DNA from: the human T2T-CHM13v2.0 reference genome, Homo sapiens
DNA length: 64,000 nt
Assembly: GCF_009914755.1 (NCBI RefSeq)
Contig: NC_060927.1
Strand: one strand, 5' to 3'
Shown: piece after piece, positions 38,075 through 51,625 of the stretch
Layout of the letters: each line of letters opens with the position of its first letter
Numbering within the stretch: position 1 is the stretch's first letter
Notes under the pieces: model-generated
What the model was told of the DNA's origin: nothing
Seen by the model: only the letters and a program-made list of their open reading frames with translations
Database searches by the model: none
Position numbers and translations under genes: made by a program

Positions 38075-41000
38075 GAAGAATTTGCCCAGAGTGCATCACA
38101 AAGATTTTTTTTAAGTAGAAGAAAAGTTAAAATAGATGGGTAATAGAGTGAGGGGATTAATAATGTTTAACAGAGTTCTACAAGGAGAGGAAAGAGAACA
38201 GAACAGAAGCAATATCTGAAGAAAAATGGGTGAGGATTTTCTAAAACCAGTGAAAGGCACTAATGCACACAAACAAGCAAAAATAGTGAATGCCAAGCAC
38301 AACAAACAAACAAGAAATGTATACTTAGATTTGTAGTGATCATGAAACTGAAAAACACCAATGAAAAGAGAATATCTTAAAAGCAAATTAAGAAAACAGA
38401 CTGATTACTTTTAAGAAGTGACAGATTGACATCTGACTTATCAACAGAATAATGGAATCCTAAAGACAGTTAAATTGCATGTTTAATGTGCTAGGAGAAA
38501 ATAAATGCTAAAGTAGAATTCTATACCTAATGAGATGGTCTTTCAAGAATACGGATGAAATAAAGACATTTTCAGATGAGGTAACACTGAAAGCAGACCA
38601 CCAGCAGACCACCATAAAGGAATTTTAAAGTATGTCTTTAAGCAAAAAATGTGATCCCAGATTGAAGATCTAAAATGCAAGATGAAATGAAGAGCAAAGA
38701 ATGTGGTAAACATATGGGTAAATGGAAACACTTCACAGTTAAATATTTAAGATAGACTATTTTAATATCAGTTACAAATATTAAATTGACTTATAAAATA
38801 ATAATTAATATTTTTAAACAGTGATAAAATAGTAAAAGAAATGAAATCAAAATTATAATAACAAGTTGGGACAGGGGTGAGTGGAGTGAAAGTGTCCTAA
38901 GATCCCCTGATTATCCAGGAGGAGGACCAAGGAAAGGATTAAATTTGCAACATTTGATGCAGACATTAAGTATGCATGCGAAATTTCTAGGCTTACCACT
39001 AAAAGAATACAGAGTATACAAATTTTAAACTAACAAATGGGAAAAATAGAGTTAAAGATCAGTGCAAAAGAATGCAATAAGTAAGAAAGAAGAAGTAGAA
39101 TAAACAAGACAACTGATAACATGAAATAAAAAGCTAGATATTAGATGAAATGTACCAACAATTATATTAAATGGAAATGCACTAAATGCTTCAGTTAAAA
39201 GGCAAAGATTATCCATCTGTTGGAAAGAAAACCAACCGTATTCTGTTTAAAATATGACTTGATTGAAAAATACATTTTAGGTAAATTCTAACTAAAAGAA
39301 AGCTGGTATAGCTGTTTATTAATATTAGCAAAAATATACTTTAAAGCAAAATCGATTAATAGAGTTTCTGGCTCTAGGTAAAATGGAGTAAGCACACTTC
39401 ACGTTCTCTCCCACTGAATACAACTATAAAACATGGACAGAATGCATGTATTTGAAGACTCTGTAAACAGAAGTAGGTACATCAAGAAAGAACACCAGAA
39501 TTTTAAGTACCACTACCATAGGATTTACTATGTTTTCTCCTCTGATAGCCCCTAGCCTGAAGTCAACGCAACTAGAAACCCGGAAGTGGCCATTGTGCAC
39601 AGAGAGAGCTCCAAGAAAATCTGTCTGGCTCCGGCATGAGTTACTGAAAAGGGAGGTTATAATTATCAGAATGTAGATATCCCCTCACTTTTTTCTCTCT
39701 TTTCTCTGTACTCTTACATCTCAATACCTAGACAATCCCATGGCAATGATGACCAGCAAGAGCCAAAACTCAAAGGGAGAAGAAACTTCCTCTCCATTTA
39801 GTCAAGCTGCAGTTCCAAGAGGGTGTGGTCAACCCACGTTGCTTTCGTCTTTTCCTTTCTCTCTTGTCTTGTCACTTGAGCCCAACAAGCTTCCAAATGC
39901 AGAAATATATGGCAGAGAGGGGTAACTAGAACCTCAAGTTTCTAGCCAGAGAACCGAAAAAGGGAACATTTGGGAACTGAAAATACCTGGGAGATCTCAG
40001 GGAGGGTTTTTCAATGTATTTAGGTGTAATCTATGAGACATATATTTACAAAGCATGAAAGAGGGAGGGTAAATGGAACTATAAGGCGAAGATTCCAACA
40101 TTCCAGTTATAGTGATAAAATACTGATACTAAGTAGACTATGAAATAAGTACGTATTTTGTAATCCCAAAAGAAATGCTATTCAAAGAGATATAGTAAAA
40201 ATCACAATAAATGCATTGAGATGGAAGACTGAAAAATGTTTAAATAATTTAAAAGAGATCAGACAAAGTGAAAAAAAATACCACAGAGAGACCAAACAAA
40301 GCAAGCAATAAATCAGTAGATCTAAATCTAGCCACAAAAATAATTACCTTAAATGCAGATGTTCTAATGACATCAATTAGAAGACAGAAATTGTCAGAAT
40401 GGATTACAAATAGAATGACCTAAAAATATTCTGTGTACATGAAACCCACTTCAACTATAATGATATAGGTAGTTTAAGAGTAAAAGGCTGGAAAATGTAT
40501 ACCATGCAAACACTGATCAAAAGAAAGCTGGGGTGGCTTTGTGAAGATCAAATAAAGTAGACTTCAGCAGAAAGAAAATTACCAGAGGCATGGAAGGACA
40601 TTACATAATGATAAAATAATTGATTCACTAAGAAGACATAACAATACTAAATGTGTATGTACCTAACAACAGAACCAAATTACATGCAGTGAAATCTGAC
40701 AAAACTGAAAGGAGAAATAGACAACTCCACAATTATAATTGAAGATTTAACACTCCTCTCTCAATAATAAATAGAACCAGTAGATAGAAAAACAACAAGT
40801 ACCTGTATATAGAAAGAGCTCAATAACGCCATTAACCAACTAGATCTAACTGACATTTATTGCCCACTCCACCCAGAAAGAGCACATGGAATGTTCACCA
40901 AGATAGACCATATCCTGAGTCATAAAACAAACCTTAACAAAATTTAAGGAAGTAAAATCATACAAAGTATATTCTCTGACCACAGTGGAACATAAGGATA

Positions 41001-42158
41001 ACTGAATAGTCTTCAAATACTTGAAAATTGAGCAACTCATTTCTAAATAATCCATGGGTTAAAGACGAAATCTCAAGAGAAATTAGAAAATATGTTATGC
41101 TGAATGAAAATGGAAACACAACATATCAAAGTTCGAAGAGTACTGCTAAAGCAGTGTTTAGAAGGAATTTATGGCATTAAGTGCTTGTATTAGAAAAGAA
41201 GAAAGTTCTCACGTCTATAGTCTAAGCCCCTGATTTTAAAAACTAGAAAAAGAACAACATAAATCAAGTAGAAGAAAGTAAAGATAGGAGCAGAAAACAG
41301 GGAAATTAGAGGCTGAAAAAAAAAGGAAAATCAATGAAACCAATCTGTTTCTTTGAAAAAGCCAATACAGTTGGTAAACACTAGCAAGACTAACCAATAA
41401 AAAGAGGAATACAGTACAGATTACCAATATTAGAAATGAAAAGGGATATTACTACAGTCTCTGAAAATATTAAAAGGATAATAGGGCAGTGCTACAAACA
41501 ACTCTACAGAAATACATTTGACAACTTAGATGAAATGGACCAATTCTTTGAAAACCACAAACTACTAAAAGCCACCTAAGATAAAAGATATAACCCCAAA
41601 ATGATTAAATACATTGAATTCTTAGTTTAAAACATTTCAAAAAATAAATATCTAGTTCCAAATGGTTTCACTCGTGAATTTAACCAAGCATTTAAAAATA
41701 ACAGCAATTCTGCAACCTCTTTTAGAACAAAGAGGGAAAACTTCCCATCTCATTTTATAGGTCAGCATTACCTAATACCAAACCAGACAAGACAGTACAG
41801 AAAAAGAAAACTACAGATCAATATCACTCATAAACACAAACATGCAAATCCTTAACAAAATATTAGCAAGTTCAACCCAGCAATATATGTAGAAAACACA
41901 CCATGCCAAACGTGTTTTTTCCTGAGAATGCAAGATTAGTTCAATATTCAGAAATCAATCAATATGATCTACCATATTATAGTCTGCAGAAGAAAAGCCA
42001 CATAATCACATCAATTGATGCCTAAAAATCATTTGAAAGAGTATGACATTTGTTCATAATGAAAAATTCTCAGCAAACCAAGAAGATACGAGAATTTCCT
42101 CAACCTCTCAATCTGATAAAAGACACCTATGAAAAATCTACAGGTAACATCATTCTAA

Positions 42159-42475
42159 TTTTTTATTATTTTTATTTTTTGAGATGGAGTCTCACTCTGT
42201 TGCCTAGGCTGGAGTGCAGTGGTGCGATCTCAGCTCACTGCAACCTCCATCTCCCAGACGGAATCTTTCGGGTTCAAGCAATTCTCCTCCCCAGCCTCCC
42301 AAGTAGCTGGGGTTACAGGCACCTGCCATCACGCCCAGCTCATTTTTGTATTATTAGTAGAGACGGGGTTTCACCATGTTGGCCAGGCTGGTCTTGAACT
42401 CCTGATCTGAAGTGATCCACCCGCCTCAGCCTCCCAAAGTACTGGAATTACAGGCATGAGCCATCATGCCCGGCC
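42159..42475 (-). mobile_element. AluS with a 14-bp internal insertion
   Basis: Full Alu. TSD-like aacatcattct / aatatcattct. Confidence 0.92.
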
Positions 42476-43194
42476 AATATCATTCTTAATGGCAAATTTA
42501 TATGCTTTCCCCCTAAGTTCATGAAAAAGGCAAGAATACACTTATCACTATTATTCAACATCATAGTGGAAGTCTTAATACAATAAAGAAAGATAAAGTT
42601 GTGCAGAAGTGAAGAAATGAACCTGTCCCTATTTCCAAATGACATGATCATCTATGTAGAAAATCTAAAAGGGCCTATCTTTTACATTTCTAGAACTAAT
42701 AAAGGGGTTTAGTGTAGTCAGCAAATACAAAAGGTCAATCATTTACTTTTAAAAAATGTATGTATTTAAGGCATACAACATATTTTGATATACATAGTCA
42801 AAAGATTACTATAATCAAGCTAATTAACATATCTGTCTCCTCACATACCTTTTAAGTGTATGTGCGGTGGGAGTACCTGATATCTACTCTTAGCAAATTT
42901 TCAGAATACGATACAGTATTAACTGTAGTCATCATGCTGTACTATGGATCTTTAGACTTATTCATTCTACATATATTCCAGATATAGCTGAGTTCATGCA
43001 ATATTTTTCTGTGTCTGGCTTATTTCACTTAGTGTAATGTCTAGTTTATCCATGTTGTTACAAATTGCATGCTCTCATTTTTAAAGGCTGAATAATATTC
43101 CATTTCTTTATTCAGTCATCCATTAATGAACATTTAGATTGTTTCTATATCTTGACTATTGTGAATGCTGCAATGAAGATGAGCATTCTTGTGT

Positions 43195-43304
43195 TAGTTA
43201 TATATATATAACTATATATAACTATATATATAACTACATATAACTATATATACAACTATATATAACTATATATATAACTATATATATATATATATAACTA
43301 TAGT
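43195..43304. repeat. AT-rich minisatellite (tatatataac)n
   Basis: About 9-10 variable copies of a 10-12-bp unit, opening with a perfect 20-bp palindrome. Confidence 0.92.
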
Positions 43305-43739
43305 CCATCTTGTGTTGCTGTAACAGAATACCAGAGACTGGGTAATGTATGAGGAAAAGAGGTTTATTTAGCTCATGGTTCTGCAGACTGGGAAGTTCAA
43401 GGACATGACCTTGGCTTCTGGCAAGGGCTTTCTTGCTGCACCATAACATGGCAAAGAAGGTCAAAGAGGAAGCTGACCTGTGTGAAGAGACAGATCCCAG
43501 GGGCATGCTGGCTTTATAACAACAGACTCTTGCATTAACTAATTTATTCTCATGAGAACTAATCCAGTCTGCCCAGAGAGAGAACTCACCACTTTGAAAA
43601 CAGCACGAAGCCATTTATGAAGGATATGTCTCCATGACCCAAACACCTCCCACTTGACCCCACCTTCCAACACTGCCACATTGGGGATCAAATTTCAGCA
43701 TGACTTTTGGTGGAGACAAGCCACATCCAAACTATAGCA
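43300..43739 (-). mobile_element. MST-family MaLR solo LTR
   Basis: agtccat..tgtgttgctgtaacagaatacc.gagactgggtaat...ccatgacccaaacacctccca...catccaaactatagca. Confidence 0.88.
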
Positions 43740-45424
43740 GTCTCTTTGAGGTACTGATTTCATTTCCTTTGTGTGTATACACAGAAGAGGGATTGTTAGG
43801 TCACATAGTAGTTCTATTTCTGTTTTTTGAAGAAACTCCATACTTTTTTCCATAATGGCCATACCAATTTCCATTCCCATCAACAGTGTACAAGGGTTCC
43901 CTTTTCTCTATATTGTCAACACTTTTTGATAATAGCCATCCTAACAGGTATGAGGTGATGTCTCACTGTGGTTTGGATTTGCATTTCCCTATTGATTAGT
44001 GATGTTGAGTGCTTTTTTCATATACCTATTGGGCATTTGTATATCTTTTTTGATATACAAATAGATTTTGAAAAAAAAATCTATTCAGGTCCCTTGCCCA
44101 TTTTTTAATTAGGTTATTTGGGTTTTTTTGCTATTGAGTTGTGTGAGTTCCTAATATATTTTGGATATTAACCCTTTTCAGATACATGATTTGCAAATAT
44201 TTTCTTTCAATATGCAGGTTGTCTTTTCATTTTTTTTTTCTTTTCTATACAGAAGCTTTTTGGTTTGATGTAGTCTGACTTGTTTATTTTTTGCTTTTGT
44301 TGCCTAAGGTTTTGGTGTCATATTCAAAAAATTGCCAAGGCCAATGTCAAGCAACTTTTCCCTATGTTTTCTTCTACGAGTTTTACCATTTCAGGTCTTA
44401 TGTTTAAGTCTTTAATCCATTTTGAGTTGCTTTTTGTGTATAGTGTAAGATAAGGTCCAATTTCATTTTTTGCATGTGGATATTCATTTTTCCTGACATC
44501 ATTTATTGAAGAGACTGTCCTTTCACCATTGTATATTCTTGGCACCTTGTCAAAAATTAGTTGACTGTATATCCTTGGGTTTATTTCTGGGCTCTCTATT
44601 CCATTTTATTGGTTTATGTGTCTGTTTTTATTGCCAGTACCATACTGTTTTGATCACTATAGCTTTGTAATAGAACTTGAAATCCGGAAGTTGGTGACTC
44701 TAACTTTGTTCTTTTTTCTCAAGATTACTTCAGCAATTTGGAGTCTTTCATGGTTCCACACAGATTTTAGAATAGTTTTTTTCTATTTCTGTGAAAATTT
44801 TCATTGAAATTTTGATGGGGATTGTGTTCAATCTATATATCACTTTGGGTAATATGCACATTTTAACAATATTAATTCTTTAAATCTACAAATATGGGAT
44901 ATGCTTCCATTGATTTGTATCTTATTTTTTTTCATCAGTGTTTTATAAAGTGTTCAGTGCAGAGATTATCCACTTTCTTGGTTAAATTTATTTCTAAGTA
45001 TTTTATCCTTTTGGGTACTGTTGTAAATGAGATTTCTCTATTTCCTTGTCAGATAAGTGGTTGTTGGTATAAAGAATGCAACTGATTTTTGTGTGTTGAT
45101 TTTGTATCCTGTAACTTCACTGAATTTATTAGTTCTAACAATTTTTTTGTGGAATCTTTAGGCTTGTCTATATGTAGGATCATGTCATCTGCAAACAGAT
45201 AATTTTACTTCTTCCTTTCCAGTGTGGGTGGCTTTTACTTCTTTTTCTTGTCTATTTGCTCTTGCTAGTAATTCCAGTACTATGTTGTATAGAAGTGGCA
45301 AGGCATCCTTGCATTGTAATAAATCTTAAAGAATAAGCTTTGAGGTTCCCCCCACTGATTATGATGTTAGCTGTGGGATTCTCCTAAATGGCCTTTACTG
45401 TACTGGGGAAATGTTCTTCTCTAC

Positions 45425-45693
45425 ATTTTATTCTATTTTATTTTATTTTTTGTTATTTATTTTATTTTATTTTTTGAGAGAGGGTCTTGCTCTGTTGCTC
45501 AGGCTAGAGTCCGTGGCACAATCATGGCTCACTGTAGCCTCAACCTCCCAGGCTCAGGTGCTCTTCCCACCTCAGCCTCCTAAGTAGCTGGGACCACAGA
45601 CTCATGCCAACCCACCCAGCTAATTTTGGTATTTGTTTTTGCTGTTGTTGTTGTTTGTAGAGATGGGGTTTCTCCATGTTGCCTAGGCTGGTC
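45425..45693 (-). mobile_element. AluJ, partial
   Basis: (tttta)n tail, catggctcactgtagcctcaacctcccaggctcagg. Truncated after ggctggtct. Confidence 0.88.
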
Positions 45694-45735
45694 TAACACT
45701 GGTTGTTTTCTGTGTGTTTTTTTTAAAAATAGTAG

Positions 45736-46066
<331 letters not shown>

Positions 46067-46261
46067 AAATAGTAACTATCTTAATGGTGATGTCTCTGTG
46101 GTTTTGATTTGCATTTCCATAATGGCTAGTGATGATGAGCATCTTTTCATATGCTTGTTGGTTATTTGTATTTATTTTGAGAAAGGTCTGTTTAAGTCTC
46201 TTCCCCAGTTTTCATTTGGGTTATGTTTTTGTTGAGTCTGAACTGGTCTTCTTATTTTCAC

Positions 46262-46562
46262 TTTTTTTTTTTTTTTTTTGAGACAGAGTCTTGCTCTGTC
46301 ACCCAGGCTAGAGTGCAGTGGTGCAACCTTGGCTTACTACAACCTCCGCTTCCCAGGTTCAAGCGACTTTTCTGCCTTAGCCTCCCGAGTAGCTAAGACT
46401 ACAGGCATGTGCCACCATGCCTGGATAATTTTTGTATTTTCGGTAGAGATGGGGTTTCACCATGTTGGCCAGGCTGGTCTTGAACTCCTGGACTCAAATG
46501 ATCTGCCTGTCTTGGCCTCTCAAAGTGCTGGGATTACAGGCGTGAGCCACCGCGCCTGGCCC
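46262..46562 (-). mobile_element. AluS
   Basis: Full dimer with T tail. Confidence 0.92.
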
Positions 46563-46599
46563 GTTTATATTATTTTGTATTAGTTGTCCCAGAGATTTC

Positions 46600-48600
46600 A
46601 ATATGAAGTCTTGACTTATTACAGTCTACCTTAAGTTAATACTTTTACCTCTTCTCAAACAATATAAGAACCTGACAACAGTTTAATTTCATTCCTTCCA
46701 CCCATTGTACTTTTCTTGTTATATAGTTTATATACCCTTATATTGTGGTTGTGGTTCTTTAAACAACCTGTTATGTTTATTCACAAAATTGCCATTTTCA
46801 GCATTCTTCACTCCTTCCTAAAGTTACAGGCTTCCAACCTTTCAATAAAGTGTCTTTACCTTTAAGTTTTTTTCTTTAATACTTATGGTAGTGCAAGTCT
46901 CCTGGTAATTAATTCTCTTGGCTTTTGATTGTCCGTAAATGTCTTCATTTGTCTTCATTTTCAAGGTATATGTTTTGCTGGTTATAGAATTATATATCGG
47001 CAGTATATGTCAGCACTTTAATATGTCAGTCTATTTCATCTGGCTTTCATAGTTTTTATTTAAAAAGCAAATGTCAGTCTCATAGTGGTTCCTTTGAAGG
47101 TAATGTGCCCTTTTTTCTCTGACTTCATGTGAGATTTTTCTTTTCACTGTTGTTTTCAGCAATTTGACTATGATCTGCCTAAGTGTGGGTTCTTTGTTTT
47201 TATTCTACTTGGGGTTCACTGTGCTTTTGGAATGTATGGATTGATGTTTTCATCTGTTTTGGGGAAATTCTCAGCTTTTGTCTTTTTAAATATTGCTTCT
47301 ATTTTGTTCTCCCTTCTTTCCTTGTGAGATGCTCATTTTCTGTACACTAGACCTTTATGTGCCATGTGTCTCTTCGGGTCTTACTGGAATTCTTCCATAC
47401 TTTTTTATTCCCATACTTCAGTTTGAATATTTTTTATTGAACTATCTTCAAGTTCACTTATCCTGTCTTCCGTTGTATTCAGACTGCTGTTAACCCAGCC
47501 ATTTTCTTCTTCTTTTCAGATACTATATTTTTCATTTCTAGAATGTCCACCTTATTCTCTTTCATAGATTCCACTTATTTTGTGAATTTCTCTACTTTTC
47601 TCATCCATTTTTGTCTATCTGTTTTTTTCTGTTTTCTTTATCTTATTATTAATCAGTTATTTCAATATTTGGATAGTTCACAAGTCTGCTTCTGTTATGT
47701 TTTTTTCTTTGATCAGCCATATTTCCCTGCCTATGCCCATGTCTGGTGATTTTTTTCTTGTATACTGAGCTATGGAAAAGAACCAGAGGCTCCTGATGAT
47801 CTCCTCCCTGAGAGGATTCTGCCTTTCCTTGGTAAGTTAGAGCAAGGGACTGATTCCCTCAGTCCAATCAGGGCCTGGGATGGGCCAGGGTAAGTTGCAG
47901 CCTTAATAAGTCTCAGTCTTCTGTGCTTCAGCCCTGTTCCTTAGGCATGGGCCAGTCTTCCCCGCCACTCCTGACTTTGGATGGTAAGCTGGAAGGATCT
48001 GTCTCCTCTATCCTGGAAGACTGTGGGGATTCTAAACAACTTCAGAGTTGTTTAGCTTAGCTTTTTAGCCTCCCTGAACAACTTCAAAACCTGACAGATC
48101 TCTTGAGATGGAGACCACATGTGTGTTTGTGGCAAGCCCCTCACTTAAGCCAGATTTGGTCACCTATATACCATGCAGCTGTGAGAGATTTCTCTCTGAC
48201 ATTAAAAGTATTTGGCCCAGAATCCAGATTGCCCCATTAATCAGTGCTTTTGAGGAGAAAGTTGGCCACATGTTTGAGGTTCCTCTGTGCAGATCCTCTA
48301 GCTACCAATCTGTCACAACAGCCCCACACAACTGCCAAAAACCCCCCTGGTCTCTCTTTCCTTCAGCAGGGTTCCTCTGTCTGTGCCAAATCCAGCTCTT
48401 AGCCTTGGTCCAGAATCAGCAAATCCCTCAAGGGCAGAAAACAGCCTAGAAGAGGCTCTTCCCTCTCTGGAATGTTAGCTCATCTAGTCCTTACTGTTTC
48501 TGCACCTCTCCGATGCCTTTCAACATATGACTTTTCCATATATCCATGATCGTAATGATCACTGCATTATGATCACTGGCCTTCCATGACATCTTATAAA
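46600..48600 (-). mobile_element. Degraded antisense L1M (ORF1/5' region)
   Basis: T-rich strand: ttttgctggttatagaatt...cagcactttaa...aatttgactatgat...ggggaaattctcag. Confidence 0.65.
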
Positions 48601-50443
48601 GAAGTGGAAGAATGGTTATCATACCTGTTATGTTTTAGACACATTTCTTTTTGTATATTTGTTTTATAATTTTACAAAGGGAAAAAGGAAAAGAATGGAA
48701 CCTCAAAGAGGTTAAGTACCTTATTCAAACTGATGGTTACTAAGTAGCATAGCAGTAATCGAAGCCAGTTATCTGACAACAAAACTTTTACTGTGCGTTC
48801 CTTCCTGACCTCAAGATCATAGACTTTTGTCCTGCTGTTCCACTGAGGCCACTTCAGTGCCATCCTAAGCAGTTAGCAGAGGCCTTGGGGAGTCCCTAGT
48901 TCTGTCTTTACCTTGAGGAAGCTGAGGGTGGAGCCAGTAGCCCTGCTGAGTTATATATTGGTTGATGCTGGCCCCGTACTCTCTGGTACTCTTGCCTTCA
49001 GGATTTGGACTTCAGAATTACAGTGTTTCCTTATCTCTTGCCAAAGATCATAAACTAGACCCTCCCCCATGGGGTGGCTTAGGGAAACTGGTTCACATTA
49101 TGTAAGCATATCATTCTGTGATGTTTTTCCATAACTGGAAGAGTGGGATAAAGCACAGACAAACCCTAGTCAAGATCAGCATCTCGTCTGTAAATGCTCA
49201 TTTTGCAAAGGGGCCTTTCAAAGTACAGATGGCCCTCATGGTGGCAGTGAGAATCCCTGGTGTACCGGGAAAGCCTCCAGCTCTGGGCTAGGCTCCTGAG
49301 CCCATCTACAAAGTATCTTCTTCCTCCCAGCAAGCAGGTGGACATTCAGTCACGTTTGTTAGATCCATTTACCTAAGATTATCTTATGAAATAGTTTGTA
49401 CCCAAATTAGGATTTAATAGCAAAATCATCACAAAACAAGCAAAGACAGTGAAAGGGGAGGAAAGAGGGAACTAACTTATCAGCTGTAAAACTGACTAGA
49501 AATTTTCCTGCATTCAACCACTCTAGCTTAATACCTGTCTGGCATATAATAAGTGCTCAATAAATATTTCTGACAGAACACTAATGGGGTAAATTTTCCC
49601 TTCCTTGCCCGCAACCATAATTATATGAATATAATGGACACAGTTGCTGCATAGGTTAACCTCAAGAAAGCTGGCAGGGAAGACACACCAAACAGAAAGA
49701 ATTCCATGCGATGATTGCTACTTACAGAGGCCTATACAAATCTAGGGGTTTGGAAAAGATGTCACAGAGAGATTGACTCTGAGCTTACTTCAAGAAGTTG
49801 GGGTTTGCCCAACAGAGCAGCACAAGGAGAGAATTCTTGGTCGTTAACATACCAATTGCATTTCATGTTACCTGACGGTAGTTTTGAGTGTCAGGAACAC
49901 CAGCTGCACAATGAAACAGTAGCAGGAGGGGAACCTGGAGAGCTAGACAAGAGCCAGCCCACAGAGAACTTCAAATGCCATGCTTTGGAATTCATAATTT
50001 ATCTCTAAATGAGGGAGAGCCATTGAAGGATTTCAACAGTAAAGTAATAAAAGATTAGTGCTTATTGAAAGGACCAGACACCTCAATTCTACCTGCACAC
50101 ACCTTCAAGAGACTAAAAGGGATTGTCCTAGTTGGAATTATTAAGTGTGGGGACTATGATTGTCCTAGAATTCACTCACTGCCCCAGGTATTTGCCCTAA
50201 ATATAGCTCTTGAGTGGACAGATGGTCAAGAACTCTGTCTCTGGTATCCTGAATTAACTGGCTCTGTAAGACCCTGTCACAAAATCCAAGTTGCGAAACA
50301 GAATGGATGAAATTTTGAAGCTGAAGTAGCTAGGTCTTGAAATTCCTGCTTTCTAGAGAGTAAGGGAGATGAGGCTGCTGCTCTTCTCTATTCCTACATT
50401 TAGTCCCTGTTTTGCGGCTGTGTAAGCCAGGTGGTGAGCCAGA

Positions 50444-50485
50444 GAAGGGGAAGGAGCTGGAAACTGAAGGGGAAGGAGCTGGAAA
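50444..50485. repeat. 22-bp tandem duplication
   Basis: gaaggggaaggagctggaaa(ct) x2. Confidence 0.9.
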
Positions 50486-51318
50486 TCAAATTAGCTAATT
50501 TTGACCTCTGACTTAATAGCATTTTATAAATAGTTTTACAGGGTAATCACTAAATTATGACTTGGATGAAGGGTACATTCTTGTCTGCATTTTCTTTGTT
50601 CCCTCTCAGAGTATGAGAATTTAAGAGTTGGCTTTATAGTTTGACCCACTGGGTTTGAATAAGAATGTAATGTGACTTTTATTACTTTTTCAGTTTTTGG
50701 ATTTTGTTCTTGAGTAATTTAACTTGACATAGTAATATTTGCAATATACATAAAAAATAAAATTACAAAACATGCCTTTGAGCTACAAAAGATGTAAAGG
50801 GAGGAAGAAAACACACATGCAGGGGAAAGAAGATATAGCATAGAAATTCAGAATTATCTCAGGGAGGGAAGTGGGAAGAAGGAGATAGAAGGGCCCTAGG
50901 CTAACGGAGAGGAACAAACATCCAGAGATTAATGGACGAAAATAGTTCTTAGGAACTAGATGAGTGAAAACAAGCAAAGTTTGGCCTCTCAGAATTGATG
51001 GGAGAAATAATTCAGTGGAAAGTAAGCCTTTTTAAATAATAGGTAAAATTCAATTAAGTAACATTGATGTCAAATAGACTAATAATGTCCATTGAAGAGA
51101 TACTGAATTTTTTTTATCATACTGTGATTTGACTCAACTAATACTTTGTTGCAGCAAAGAATACATCAAATATTATGCTGGGTGCTAAGGACCCAGCGAT
51201 GAAAGATGCGCTCTATGCCCAGAAGGAACTCAGGAACTAGGGCAAGACAGATCAACTATGCATATAGTTAAGTGCACATAGTGAAGGATCAGCTAACTCA
51301 CTCCACAGGGAGGAATTA

Positions 51319-51625
<307 letters not shown>

